Shown: piece after piece, positions 10,201-18,828 of the stretch
Numbering within the stretch: the first letter of the stretch is position 1
Layout of the letters: every line of letters starts with the position of its first letter
DNA from: an uncultured Eubacterium sp.
GTDB lineage: Bacteria > Bacillota > Clostridia > Lachnospirales > Lachnospiraceae
Reading direction: 5' to 3'
DNA length: 64,000 nucleotides
NCBI GenBank assembly: GCA_910583555.1
Contig: CAJTXO010000019.1
Coordinates: 5,379-69,378, forward strand
Translations under genes and position numbers: made by a program
Notes under the pieces: model-generated
Seen by the model: only the letters and a program-made list of their open reading frames with translations
What the model was told of the DNA's origin: nothing
Database searches by the model: none

Positions 10201-10785
10201 CAGGCTGTCTTCCCATCCTTTGTACGGATTTTTGCCTTTCGTGTCCAAACCGGCTGTTTCACGGAAACGGGATAAGATGCGGTCATTGTCAAATTTCTTC
10301 AAAAACTCGATATCAGAACTCTGTGCCGCCAGATAATACGGATCCGTAACCGCTACATCATCCAGGTCAAACTGTTTGAGGCCGGAAATCGAATCCTCTG
10401 CCAAAACAGTAAACGAAAATAGTTTCTTCGTCGTTAAATCATTCATTGAAATCGTAGCCTCCAGTGTAACTTCCTCATCTGGACTTCCCGCAGACGGCCG
10501 TTTCACCGTTCCGTCGGTTGCGATCGTCCCCGCCTTGGAAGAACTCCATGTAATACTGCTTCCATTTTTCCCTTCCGTTGGCAGATCCAGGTTCGAAATG
10601 ACTTGTTTGTTCTTAAATTTTAACAAACTCACATCCTCATTGAACGCCGCCTTACTATCCGCCGATTCCTCGGCCGCCAGCACGTACGGTACCTCACTGT
10701 ACGGAACGGACCCGAGAACGAGCGCCCCCCCTAGCAAGACCGCCATACCACGGCGCAAAAGCCTATGCTTCTTATCGTGTATCAT
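7219..10785 (-). CDS. Secreted GH127/GH146-like (DUF1680, beta-L-arabinofuranosidase family) glycoside hydrolase with Pro/Thr linker and C-terminal Lys-rich Big_2-like module
   Basis: ORF 7219..10911. The ATG at 10785 (MIHDKKHRLLRRGMAVLLGGALVLG is a signal peptide) has a GGAGGTA RBS. The Cys motifs NCESCCAHN and YWCCTGSG match the Zn/Cys catalytic site of the HypBA1 family. The tail is PTPDTPATPVPSPS followed by a K-rich Ig-like module. Confidence 0.7.
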   Translation of the reverse strand: MIHDKKHRLLRRGMAVLLGGALVLGSVPYSEVPYVLAAEESADSKAAFNEDVSLLKFKNKQVISNLDLPTEGKNGSSITWSSSKAGTIATDGTVKRPSAGSPDEEVTLEATISMNDLTTKKLFSFTVLAEDSISGLKQFDLDDVAVTDPYYLAAQSSDIEFLKKFDNDRILSRFRETAGLDTKGKNPYKGWEDSLLGGHCVGHYLSACAQGVKATGDQELKQKLDDIISGLKECQDKLDTGFLFGAKISKKDNVEYQFDVVEKVGYTTEIWVPWYNMHKMVAGLVDTYKFTGNEEALETAKKLGTWVYNRVSKWNDATRKRVLSVEYGGMNDCMYDLYFYSGDPNHLEAAHQFDEDRVKVNNNGVTEREVLEAVLAGDENTLNGKHANTAIPKFVGALKRYTVLKARGEATEEDEKYLKYAEKFWDVAVDYYSYITGGVSVMEHFREAGKLDATRTKTNCESCCAHNMLKLSRELYKVTGEKKYSDYYETTLRNSIMGAVKSEEGAAAYFIPMATGYFKTFGDPDPAKNMYWCCTGSGMENFTKLGDSIYFHNDNTLVVNQYVASKVKWEEKNMEITQESDVTKSDVATLRVHMLNGASQNAVIALRVPDWASGKVTVKVNGTTIKDAASNGYISISREWKENDEVTIQYPMAVTAAGLPDNNTVYGFQYGPTVLAAKLGTKRMKETTWAGASLTAPLYKVVGSEEKDITMKYGDSQAATPFANETLSIQEMLSMDEFIENIDSYLVKDESADTLTFKMTGTNAEENFEDGLTFVPFNTLNDERYGIYWYFESPFDVADEGAILEGKQNGRVNSSMLDSTQPGYGQYENDVIHQMQEKDSMAGTIENGGSTRCAKAGGYFMYNFIVDKDKTNSVLCRFAKEDNGKTMKISVGDQVIAEKTLDYKGDDQFFMEYFEIPADVLAAALKTISVADDEGVETSYTVVTVKFESASATEDSARLVGGLSMTKNFDKNAVLTAVTSSNGEVRSEGDTFTVYLPAGTGSTKLKFDIADRYGLLYINDALVNDGRKLDYLLTEDTTTLSLKVFAEDHETSKTYTVKILRGVDAPSNDTPTPDTPATPVPSPSVPGNVPTPAPSNTPTSTPKPKTTAKKASISITAKKTVKKGKTITLKAKLKNVSGKVKWSVNKKKLAKVTAKGANKAKLKALKKGTVKVTAKVKKVKKTITIKIK

Positions 10786-11029
10786 TACAATACCTCCTTC
10801 AGTTTTTTGCGTTACTCTGCACCTGAACAGGCACATATTTATGGATAATATTATAAACCAGTTCCGGCATAAAATCAATGGCAGTTTTTGTTCCGCGCAA
10901 TGGTGTGCCAAAGTACTGTAAATTCCTATAGAAATTATTTGAACGATATGCTATACTTGAAAGGCAGTTATCGCAGTTTTGTTCTGCCGGTAATGGCAGA
11001 CACTCAAATCAATCTATTGGAGGTGGCTT

Positions 11030-11470
11030 ATGGCAGACGTACATAAGAAAGGACTAAATGCAGAACTTATCAGAGACGATTTAGAGAACTGCTGTTTAAA
11101 TGAAACGGCATGCGGTCAGTGTAAAAAAGAGGCGTGTACGATAGGTTTTGCGAAACAGTGTATACGAGAATATATGAAAGAACCTAAAAAAGAAGTTCCG
11201 GGAGGCACTGACCATATACCGATCACGGATTTTAAATTGTTTGATGAGACAGAATTAGAGACCGCGATCGCGCACATTTTAAAAGAGTGCAAGGACTGCA
11301 AAGAGGATCACACTGAAAACTGTATCATCAATGTCATCCGCAACTGCTACGAAGTCGGCCTGTTCGGAAATGCGCATCCGTATGAGGGAAGCGCCCTGCA
11401 GTACCTGATGTTTCTCAAATCCGAGTTCCCGGAAAAATCTTCCCGTATCGCGGATATTTATATGTCGTGA
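11030..11470 (+). CDS. Hypothetical Cys-rich cytoplasmic protein
   Basis: 146 aa, GGAGGTG RBS, ten Cys residues arranged as CC-x5-CGQC-x4-C-x7-C ... CKDC-x7-C-x7-C. No recognisable family. Confidence 0.6.
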   Translation: MADVHKKGLNAELIRDDLENCCLNETACGQCKKEACTIGFAKQCIREYMKEPKKEVPGGTDHIPITDFKLFDETELETAIAHILKECKDCKEDHTENCIINVIRNCYEVGLFGNAHPYEGSALQYLMFLKSEFPEKSSRIADIYMS

Positions 11471-11510
11471 ATACGTATGGCTCAAAAAAACATTTACAAA
11501 AAAAACAGAC

Positions 11511-11547
11511 AACGGCAGGAGTAACTGTGATCTCCTGCCGTTTTTTC
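11511..11547. terminator. Bidirectional Rho-independent terminator
   Basis: Stem AACGGCAGGAG / CTCCTGCCGTT with a 10-nt loop. An A-run precedes it and T6 follows it. It sits between convergent genes. Confidence 0.8.
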
Positions 11548-11574
11548 TAATCTCAATACAATCCGCGTATCCTA

Positions 11575-13239
11575 TCACTCATAAAAGATACTTTCGAACG
11601 CGTTTACCGTGCCATACCCCCATTCCCGGTTCGGATACCCCTCCCCGCGCTGGTCTGCCCCGCGGATCAAAAGCTCACGTACAGAATTACCGCTGATGAC
11701 AAAGTTAGAATACTGCTGCATATACAAAGCCGCGATCCCCGTCGTCAGCGCAGCGGCCACCCCCGTTCCGGTCATGCTTCCATAATTATTTTTGGGAAGC
11801 GGGCCATACAGCCTTACACCGGGGGCCGTCACATCCGGTTTGACGATGCCGCTGGGCGTAAACCCCCTGCTCGCCTGAAGAAACAGCGCCCCGTCCGCGG
11901 GATCGTACGCGGAAAGCGAGATGGCGCGCCTGCTGTTTCCCGGCTCGCAGATCGTCACGTTCGGATCCGGCCTGACAAACGTCGTTTCCCCGTAAAGGAA
12001 CTGGGTGATTGGCAGCCACATATGAAAATCCACCTCCGCTTCCTCTGAATCAACAAGGATCTTCCATATACCCGCCTTGCTGTCTTCAAAACGGAACATG
12101 ACGACCTGGTCTCTCGTCTGCTGCTGTTCTTCGCCTCCGAGTACTTCCAACAGCGTATTTTCTACCGTAAAAAGTTTCCTTACCTTCGTGTGTGTCGTCG
12201 CCCGGGTGATCCCAAGCGTCGTGCCGGCGGGGGACACAACATCAAACCGCAGGATGCCGGGCGTTCTCCACCACAACTCACAAACGAATCCCTGGCTGGA
12301 CAATTCCACATTGATGTCGATTTCCTCACGTTCTTTCGTCAGATGATAATGGTGCCTCGCATTCCCTTCATTTCCGACACAGGTCACAATGCTCACACCC
12401 GAAAGCATATTCATATAATCGATCATGCTGCACAGAGGGATCTCCCCGTCATGATTTCCCAAATTCCCCCCCATACCGATACAGATCGCCACCTGTTTCT
12501 TCGTCTCCTGCGCCACGCGCAGAATATAGGAGATACCGCACATGATATCATTTTCCTGAAAACACGGCACATCGCTTGGAACCCGGTAAAACTCACGGTA
12601 ACTGTTTTTTGCTTCCTTACATTTCACGATAACCAGTTCGGACAACGGCGCAACACCCGAAAAATCCTGCTGCCGCATCTCATTTCCCGCGGCAATCCCC
12701 GCCAGAAACGTACCGTGCCCGTTTTCATCCCTGGATGGGATGAGGGAGAGCGGCTCTTCATCCCGCAGCGCTTCGTTGATGTCCTCCTGCGTAAATTCCC
12801 TTCCGTACTGGAACCCTTTCACATCACCGCCCTCCCGGATCGTCTGATCCCAAATGGAATGGATCCGCGTCGTATTATCCGCGTTGAGAAACGCTGGATG
12901 CGTAAAGTCAATCCCCGTGTCCACGATTCCCACTAAAATCCCCTGTCCGTACAAATCCAAATACGGCTGTCTCCGTATCTTGGCGACACCGGAAGCCTCC
13001 AGCGCCTCATCCGCCATCAGACCATAGACATGAGGGATCGTTCCGTATCCAAAACGGCCGATGCTCTCGCTATTGATCTTCTCCTCCTGCTTATATATGA
13101 TTGCCCGGAAATTATCAACCTCCGTAATGCAAAGAGGATTATACCGCTGTTCGATGATCTCTTTTCCACTGAACGCACTCACGATATAATCCAAAACGTT
13201 TTCCGAATATATTGCTTCTCTGCATGTCATGATCCACAT
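11575..13239 (-). CDS. S8 (subtilisin-like) serine peptidase, Csp-like
   Basis: 554 aa. The triad motifs are VGIVDTGID, NGHGTFLAG and GSMTGTGVAAA. There is no signal peptide. Size and lack of export resemble clostridial Csp germination proteases, but that link is inference. Confidence 0.75.
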   Translation of the reverse strand: MWIMTCREAIYSENVLDYIVSAFSGKEIIEQRYNPLCITEVDNFRAIIYKQEEKINSESIGRFGYGTIPHVYGLMADEALEASGVAKIRRQPYLDLYGQGILVGIVDTGIDFTHPAFLNADNTTRIHSIWDQTIREGGDVKGFQYGREFTQEDINEALRDEEPLSLIPSRDENGHGTFLAGIAAGNEMRQQDFSGVAPLSELVIVKCKEAKNSYREFYRVPSDVPCFQENDIMCGISYILRVAQETKKQVAICIGMGGNLGNHDGEIPLCSMIDYMNMLSGVSIVTCVGNEGNARHHYHLTKEREEIDINVELSSQGFVCELWWRTPGILRFDVVSPAGTTLGITRATTHTKVRKLFTVENTLLEVLGGEEQQQTRDQVVMFRFEDSKAGIWKILVDSEEAEVDFHMWLPITQFLYGETTFVRPDPNVTICEPGNSRRAISLSAYDPADGALFLQASRGFTPSGIVKPDVTAPGVRLYGPLPKNNYGSMTGTGVAAALTTGIAALYMQQYSNFVISGNSVRELLIRGADQRGEGYPNREWGYGTVNAFESIFYE

Positions 13240-13311
13240 CCTCTTTCCCCGCCATTTCTATCAATATATTAGGAAAGAAGTCTGTCCTATGACATTTCTC
13301 TTGATTACGAA

Positions 13312-15057
13312 TCAAACTGTAAATTTCCGCATATGCTCATCGATCGTCTGCGCCACATCGTTAAGCTGTTTCGCATTGTCCGACATATCATCGATGACCT
13401 GATTCACTTCCTGAACCGATGCGGAAGTCTCTTCCGTTCCCGCCGCGTTTTGTTCCGCGATCGCCGTCAGGCTCTGGACGACATCTACCACATTTACTCT
13501 GGCGCTGTCCATGCCCTCCGTTTTTTCGTATATTTTCGTTATTCCACTGATTGAATTATCAATTTCCGCCTGAACTTTGGCAAACATGCTCCCCGTCAGA
13601 TCTACCTTCTGAACCTGGGAATCCATGACCGTTTTCACCTGATCCATCGTTTTTACTGCTTTCGCCGCGTCTTCCATAAGCGAATTCGTGATTTGCTGCA
13701 CTTTCATGGCAGACTCATTGGACTGCTCCGCCAGTTTCTGGATCTGATTTGCCACAACCGCAAAGCCTTTCCCCTGTTCTCCGGCACGCGCCGCTTCAAT
13801 CGAGGCGTTTAGGGAAAGAAGGTTCGTCTCCTCCGCGATCGAAGTGATCAGTTCGATCGCATCCTGAATCTTCATCGCCGATTCATTCGTCGTATTTGTC
13901 TGTTCAAAAATCTGCTCAAATGACTCTTTTACTTCCGCGTTTATACTTTCCAGTTCTTTCAGGGTTTTCACTGCCTCCGTACCAGATTCATGCATGCTCT
14001 CCACATTCGCGCGCAGTCTCGCCACTTCCTCGTTCGTTTCCTTAACCATATCACCGATCACGATCACACTCTCGGTAGCCGCCTGCGTATCGGATGCCTG
14101 GGACGACGCCCCCTCCGCCATATCATGAATCGCATGGTTGATCTGACCGATCGTCTGTGCTGTCACCGTGGCATTTCCACTCAAGCTGTCTGAAGACTGG
14201 AACAGTTTCTGGCTCTGTTCCTGCAGCTCTGTCACAGCGTTTCTCAACTGATCCTGAACGCTGCATACCGCCCGCGTCATCAGTCCTATCTCGTCACGGC
14301 TGTTTCGCAGTTTATCAATCTCCGGCACCCTGGTAAAATCCAGATTCCCCATACGGGAAACAATGCCGGCGATCTTCCGGAGCGGACGGAACATGAAATG
14401 AAAACCGAAAAACGCGATCACTAATCCGATCACCGTAGCGATGATTGCCGATACGGCCATCACGTTTCCTACAAAATTGACCGTCTCCATCACTTCATCC
14501 TCACCGGCGGTAACAACAAACAGGAAACACCCGTTTGGATTCGCATAATAGGCCGCGTATTTCGTATCGCCTTTAAAATCATACGATACGATCTTTGATT
14601 CGACATCTTTTCCCGCCTGAAGGTCCGCGGCCGCCTGGGATACCACTTCATTTTCCACCGGCTTCCCGATCTTCTCTTTATTCGGATGATAACACATGTT
14701 GCCATCCGGTGTCACAACGTATGCGTAACTGCCTGAGACGCCTTTTACTTCCACATTTTGAAACAGTTCTTCCAGTTTTTCCGCGGAAAGACCTACGCCC
14801 ACGCCATAGGAATAAACCTCCAGATCCAAAACCCGGCCATTCGTTTCCGCAAGGTCATACATATAGTTCTTAGTCGTGTCCTCCATAAGCTGCCGTACCT
14901 TCGGCATCGCAACAATGATCGTAGTAGCCGCGGTCAATACGATCATCGCAGCTACAAAAATAATACTTTTAAATTTCAATGGCAGGCCTACATGGTTTGC
15001 CTTCGTCTCTTTATGGTGCTTGTTCTCTGTTTCTACCTTCTCCTTATTCCGTCCCAT
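13312..15057 (-). CDS. Methyl-accepting chemotaxis protein (extracellular Cache-like sensor, HAMP, MA domain)
   Basis: 581 aa. It has two TM segments and the conserved signalling hairpin [37 protein letters not shown]. Confidence 0.9.
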   Translation of the reverse strand: MGRNKEKVETENKHHKETKANHVGLPLKFKSIIFVAAMIVLTAATTIIVAMPKVRQLMEDTTKNYMYDLAETNGRVLDLEVYSYGVGVGLSAEKLEELFQNVEVKGVSGSYAYVVTPDGNMCYHPNKEKIGKPVENEVVSQAAADLQAGKDVESKIVSYDFKGDTKYAAYYANPNGCFLFVVTAGEDEVMETVNFVGNVMAVSAIIATVIGLVIAFFGFHFMFRPLRKIAGIVSRMGNLDFTRVPEIDKLRNSRDEIGLMTRAVCSVQDQLRNAVTELQEQSQKLFQSSDSLSGNATVTAQTIGQINHAIHDMAEGASSQASDTQAATESVIVIGDMVKETNEEVARLRANVESMHESGTEAVKTLKELESINAEVKESFEQIFEQTNTTNESAMKIQDAIELITSIAEETNLLSLNASIEAARAGEQGKGFAVVANQIQKLAEQSNESAMKVQQITNSLMEDAAKAVKTMDQVKTVMDSQVQKVDLTGSMFAKVQAEIDNSISGITKIYEKTEGMDSARVNVVDVVQSLTAIAEQNAAGTEETSASVQEVNQVIDDMSDNAKQLNDVAQTIDEHMRKFTV

Positions 15058-15072
15058 AATAGGCGTCCCCCT

Positions 15073-15576
15073 TTAATTCTCTCTCTTCCACGAGAGCCTG
15101 TGCAGATTCCCTTCCGTATTTAACTGCTGAAATCCCTGCTGGCGCAGTGCTTCATAGAGCACGATCGCCACCGAATTTCCCAGGTTCAGGGAACGAATGT
15201 CCCCCAGCATCGGAATCCGAATCGCTTTTTCCTCATTTTCCACTAGCATATCCTCGGGTATTCCCGCACTTTCCTTCCCGAACATAATGTAGCAGCCATC
15301 CTCGTATCTCACATCCGAATACACGCGACGTGCCTTCGTCGTAGCCATATAGACGCATGCTCCCGGATTTTTCTCCTTGAAGTCTTCATAACTATCATAT
15401 ATGATATAATCCAGTTGATCCCAGTAATCAAGTCCGGCACGCCTCACCTGCTTCTCCGTAATCTGAAACCCCATCGGCTCGATCAAATGAAGCCTTGCAC
15501 CAGCAGCCACGCATGTCCGTCCTATATTTCCTGTATTCGCCGGTATTTCTGGTTCTAATAATACAATGTTCAGCAT
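15073..15576 (-). CDS. trmL: tRNA (cytidine/uridine-2'-O-)-methyltransferase TrmL (SpoU family)
   Basis: MLNIVLLEPEIPANTGNIGRTC is the TrmL N-terminus. The track ORF start at 15585 is a TTG, so the ATG at 15576 is preferred. Confidence 0.85.
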   Translation of the reverse strand: MLNIVLLEPEIPANTGNIGRTCVAAGARLHLIEPMGFQITEKQVRRAGLDYWDQLDYIIYDSYEDFKEKNPGACVYMATTKARRVYSDVRYEDGCYIMFGKESAGIPEDMLVENEEKAIRIPMLGDIRSLNLGNSVAIVLYEALRQQGFQQLNTEGNLHRLSWKREN

Positions 15577-15581
15577 CGTTC

Positions 15582-16049
15582 TCAACCCTGTTTGAGCGCC
15601 AGATACAATTCCACCGTCGTATCCTCAAAACTAAGCGGGACACAGAGGTTTTTGGCATACGTATTCGTAAAACTCACCTGCCCGTGGGATAATGTGGGGG
15701 GGGTAATATCGATACCGATCCCATTCGCTGAAAAAACAGTAGCGGCATTTCCCATAACCATATTTCCCAGTTCACTGAGCGCACTGGCTGCAAATTCATC
15801 AATCTCCTTTACATCCGTCATACACATCTTTGAAGCGATCCCGCACGCGCTCTTCTCTGACATCGCCATGATCACCTGACCACGCATCTCTCCCGTCACG
15901 CCGATCATGATCACCCATGTATTCGGATCAAACTTTGCTTCCTTTAACGATGGCTTATGCATCGATGCATCCACAAAGCACATATCCTGTAGTACTTTTT
16001 TGGCCGCCATTAAAAAAGGATTTATATGTTCTGCATTCAGTGTAGCCAT
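15582..16049 (-). CDS. cheX: Chemotaxis phosphatase CheX
   Basis: ORF 15582..16103. The ATG at 16049 (MATLNAEHINPFL) and the ...ELGNMVMGNAA... motif are typical of the CheX/CheC family. Confidence 0.75.
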   Translation of the reverse strand: MATLNAEHINPFLMAAKKVLQDMCFVDASMHKPSLKEAKFDPNTWVIMIGVTGEMRGQVIMAMSEKSACGIASKMCMTDVKEIDEFAASALSELGNMVMGNAATVFSANGIGIDITPPTLSHGQVSFTNTYAKNLCVPLSFEDTTVELYLALKQG

Positions 16050-16145
16050 AATTTCCCTTTCCCCTTTCTGTAGTATCGTACTGCTTTCCACCCTAAATTC
16101 CAACTATAAATAGTGCTAAAAATCCTAATTTTAAGTATATCATGT

Positions 16146-17303
16146 TTACTGCCATCTGTCTATAAATTTCTGTATCTTTTCCAACGCCCTTTTCAGATCG
16201 TCGATCGAATACGCGTACGAGATCCGAAGAAATCCTTCGCCGCATTTGCCGAACGCGTCGCCCGGCACGACCGCCACCCGCTGTTCCTGTAAAAGTTTCG
16301 TCGCAAACTCCTCGCTCGACATGCCGTATTTACCAATATTAGGAAATACGTAAAAAGCCCCGTACGGCTCAAAACACGGCAGTCCCATCTCATTTAATTC
16401 CCGGACGAGGAACCGCCGTCTCTGATCATAGGACTCGCGCATCCGCTCCACATCTCCCAAGCCGTTGCGGAGTGCTTCTATGGCAGCGTACTGGCTCGTC
16501 GTAGGCGCGCTCATGATGACATACTGGTGGATCTTCGTCATCTGGGCGATGATCTCCCTCGGAGCGGCCGCGTACCCCAGGCGCCACCCGGTCATGGCAA
16601 ATGATTTGGAAAAGCCGTTGATCACGACCGTTCTCTCCGCCATTCCCGGCAGACTGGCGATCGACACATGTTTTCCCTGATAGCTCAGTTCCGAATAAAT
16701 CTCGTCCGACATGACGAACAGATCATGTTTTTTTACAATGTCCGCGATCACCTGCAGTTCTCCCGCCGACATGACAGCTCCCGTCGGATTGTTAGGGAAC
16801 GGCAGGACGACCATTTTCGTTTTATCCGTGATCGCCTCTTTCAGCTTTTTCCCCGTCAGCTTAAATTCATCCTTTTCCTCCAGCGACACGCGGACCGGCA
16901 CACCGCCGGCCATCTTCACACAGGGAACATAGGAAACAAAGCACGGTTCGGGTATGATCACCTCGTCGCCCGGGTCGAGCATCGCGCGGAACCCGATATC
17001 AATAGCCTCACTCCCGCCGACCGTCACCAGTATTTCGTCCGGCCCGTACGGCAGTCCGAACCGCTCAGACAGATATGTATGGATTGCTTCGCGCAGCGGC
17101 AGAAGCCCTGCGTTTGACGTATAATAAGTCCTTCCTTTTTCCAGCGAATAGATGCCTTCCTCCCGGATGTGCCAGGGCGTATCAAAGTCCGGTTCCCCGA
17201 CACCGAGTGAAATGACATGTTCCATCGTATTGGCAACGTCAAAAAAGCGGCGTATGCCGGATGGCTCCAGTTCCATAACGAGTTTTGACAGTGGATTTCT
17301 CAT
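16146..17303 (-). CDS. Class I/II PLP-dependent aminotransferase
   Basis: 385 aa. Motifs LGVGEPDFDTP, PNNPTG and NGFSKSFAMTGWRLGY. Its ATG overlaps the stop of the upstream Lrp gene (ATGA). Confidence 0.85.
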   Translation of the reverse strand: MRNPLSKLVMELEPSGIRRFFDVANTMEHVISLGVGEPDFDTPWHIREEGIYSLEKGRTYYTSNAGLLPLREAIHTYLSERFGLPYGPDEILVTVGGSEAIDIGFRAMLDPGDEVIIPEPCFVSYVPCVKMAGGVPVRVSLEEKDEFKLTGKKLKEAITDKTKMVVLPFPNNPTGAVMSAGELQVIADIVKKHDLFVMSDEIYSELSYQGKHVSIASLPGMAERTVVINGFSKSFAMTGWRLGYAAAPREIIAQMTKIHQYVIMSAPTTSQYAAIEALRNGLGDVERMRESYDQRRRFLVRELNEMGLPCFEPYGAFYVFPNIGKYGMSSEEFATKLLQEQRVAVVPGDAFGKCGEGFLRISYAYSIDDLKRALEKIQKFIDRWQ

Positions 17304-17788
17304 GGCGCGATCAACATCCTCTCATCTTCATTACTCTCTTTTACGAGCGGCAGTCCATGTTCTTTATATTTTTTCAGCACAAAATACGTGGCCGTGCTCA
17401 TGATCGACTCCATCGGCGCGAGTTTTGTCGTAACGAACCTCGCGACCTCCTTCATGCTCTTCCCCTCGATCATGACAGTCAGGTCAAAACCCCCGCTCAT
17501 CAGGTACACGCTCGCGACCTCATCAAACTGGTAGATCCGCTCCGCCACCTTGTCAAACCCGCGCCCGCGCTGGGGCGTCACTTTTACTTCGATCAGCGCC
17601 GTCACGACTTCGTTGTCTGTCTTTTCCCAGTTGATAAGCGCCGGATAGCCGCAGATCACCCCGTCTTCTTCCATGCTCCGGATCGTCTCATTTATCTCTT
17701 CCGGCGTCGAATCCAGCATGGCGGCCAGGTCTTCCGCCGTCATCCTCGCATTTTTTGATATATTCCTTAATATTTTTTCCTGAAGCAT
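17300..17788 (-). CDS. Lrp/AsnC-family transcriptional regulator
   Basis: 162 aa. An N-terminal wHTH (ILRNISKNARMTAEDLAAML) is followed by an AsnC/RAM-type C-terminal domain. Translationally coupled to the aminotransferase. Confidence 0.8.
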   Translation of the reverse strand: MLQEKILRNISKNARMTAEDLAAMLDSTPEEINETIRSMEEDGVICGYPALINWEKTDNEVVTALIEVKVTPQRGRGFDKVAERIYQFDEVASVYLMSGGFDLTVMIEGKSMKEVARFVTTKLAPMESIMSTATYFVLKKYKEHGLPLVKESNEDERMLIAP

Positions 17789-17813
17789 AGGCCCCTTCCT
17801 TTCTTTATCCTGA

Positions 17814-18800
17814 CTACGGCTGATCCGGCGCAGGTGGAACTAAAAATCTCGTTTCCTCCCCGTTGACGATCACCCTGTCGCGCCCGTCCGTCGCCGTCCC
17901 GATGACTGCTGCCGGAACACCTCTTGCGGTCAAATGTTCCGCCAGTGCCGCGCCGTTTTTTGTTCCCGCCAGCAGAACGCCGTCCGACGCGATGAGATAC
18001 GGATTCCTGTCAAAATATTCACAAATTTCTATCGTTTCCTGGCGGATCGGAATCTTTTTCAGATCCACCCGGACGCCCGTCCCCGATGCCTCGGCCATCT
18101 CCCACAGCGAGCCAAAGACGCCTTCCGCGCCTACGCTGCATAACGCGGCCGCTCCGCATGAAACAGAGGCTTCCGCCGCCGCCGCGCAGCTCATTTCCCG
18201 GACGCCGTCCGCCGCCCGATCAAGAAAATCCTGAGAGAAACGAGCGCGCAGTCCGCTCCTTTCCTCTTCTATGACCAGTTCTGCCGCCCCGGTCTGCCCG
18301 GCCCATTTCGTCATCACCAGATCAAACCCCGGCTCCAGATTTCCGCTGCGCACATCGGTTTTTCCTGGCACAAAGCCGGTTCCCGACAGGGAAATAACCG
18401 GCTCTGACAGTTCTTTCAGCACTTCGGTGTGGCCGCCGAGTATGTCCACCTGATACGACGAAGACAGCTGCGCCAGTTCACGCATAGCTGTTTTTATCAT
18501 AGGTTCAGTGTCCGCTGCCGGCAGATACAGGTCGACGAGCATACCGGCGAGCTGTCCGCCCGCCGCCGCCATATCATTTGCCAGCCGGTAAAATGCCCTT
18601 TTTCCCGCCCGTTCTGCATTTCCTTTCACGGAAACAGACGCGGCAAGCAAATGGTTCTTTTCCCCTGTCTTTTCCCCGACCGCGAGCCTGCCGAAACTTT
18701 CGCCGGCCGCCGGGCCCTGCACGAGATTTCCGCTTCGATACGTGATCTGTTTGAGAACGGAACGTTTGAGAACCGTCTCTGAAATCTTTCCTGTCCGCAT
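17814..18800 (-). CDS. AIR-synthase-related (PurM-like fold) protein
   Basis: ORF 17814..18941. The ATG at 18800 (MRTGKISETVLKRSVL) fits after the stop of the upstream gene. The N-terminus and Gly-rich segments resemble the HypE/ThiL/PurM superfamily. Confidence 0.6.
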   Translation of the reverse strand: MRTGKISETVLKRSVLKQITYRSGNLVQGPAAGESFGRLAVGEKTGEKNHLLAASVSVKGNAERAGKRAFYRLANDMAAAGGQLAGMLVDLYLPAADTEPMIKTAMRELAQLSSSYQVDILGGHTEVLKELSEPVISLSGTGFVPGKTDVRSGNLEPGFDLVMTKWAGQTGAAELVIEEERSGLRARFSQDFLDRAADGVREMSCAAAAEASVSCGAAALCSVGAEGVFGSLWEMAEASGTGVRVDLKKIPIRQETIEICEYFDRNPYLIASDGVLLAGTKNGAALAEHLTARGVPAAVIGTATDGRDRVIVNGEETRFLVPPAPDQP

Positions 18801-18828
18801 GGCGCATCCATCCTTTTTTGTCACATCA

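Noticed and set aside
11575-13239. The S8 peptidase, considered as a catalytically dead CspC-type pseudoprotease.
   Set aside because: Asp (DTG), His (GHGT) and Ser (GSMTG) are all present in the expected motif contexts, so it is scored as potentially active.
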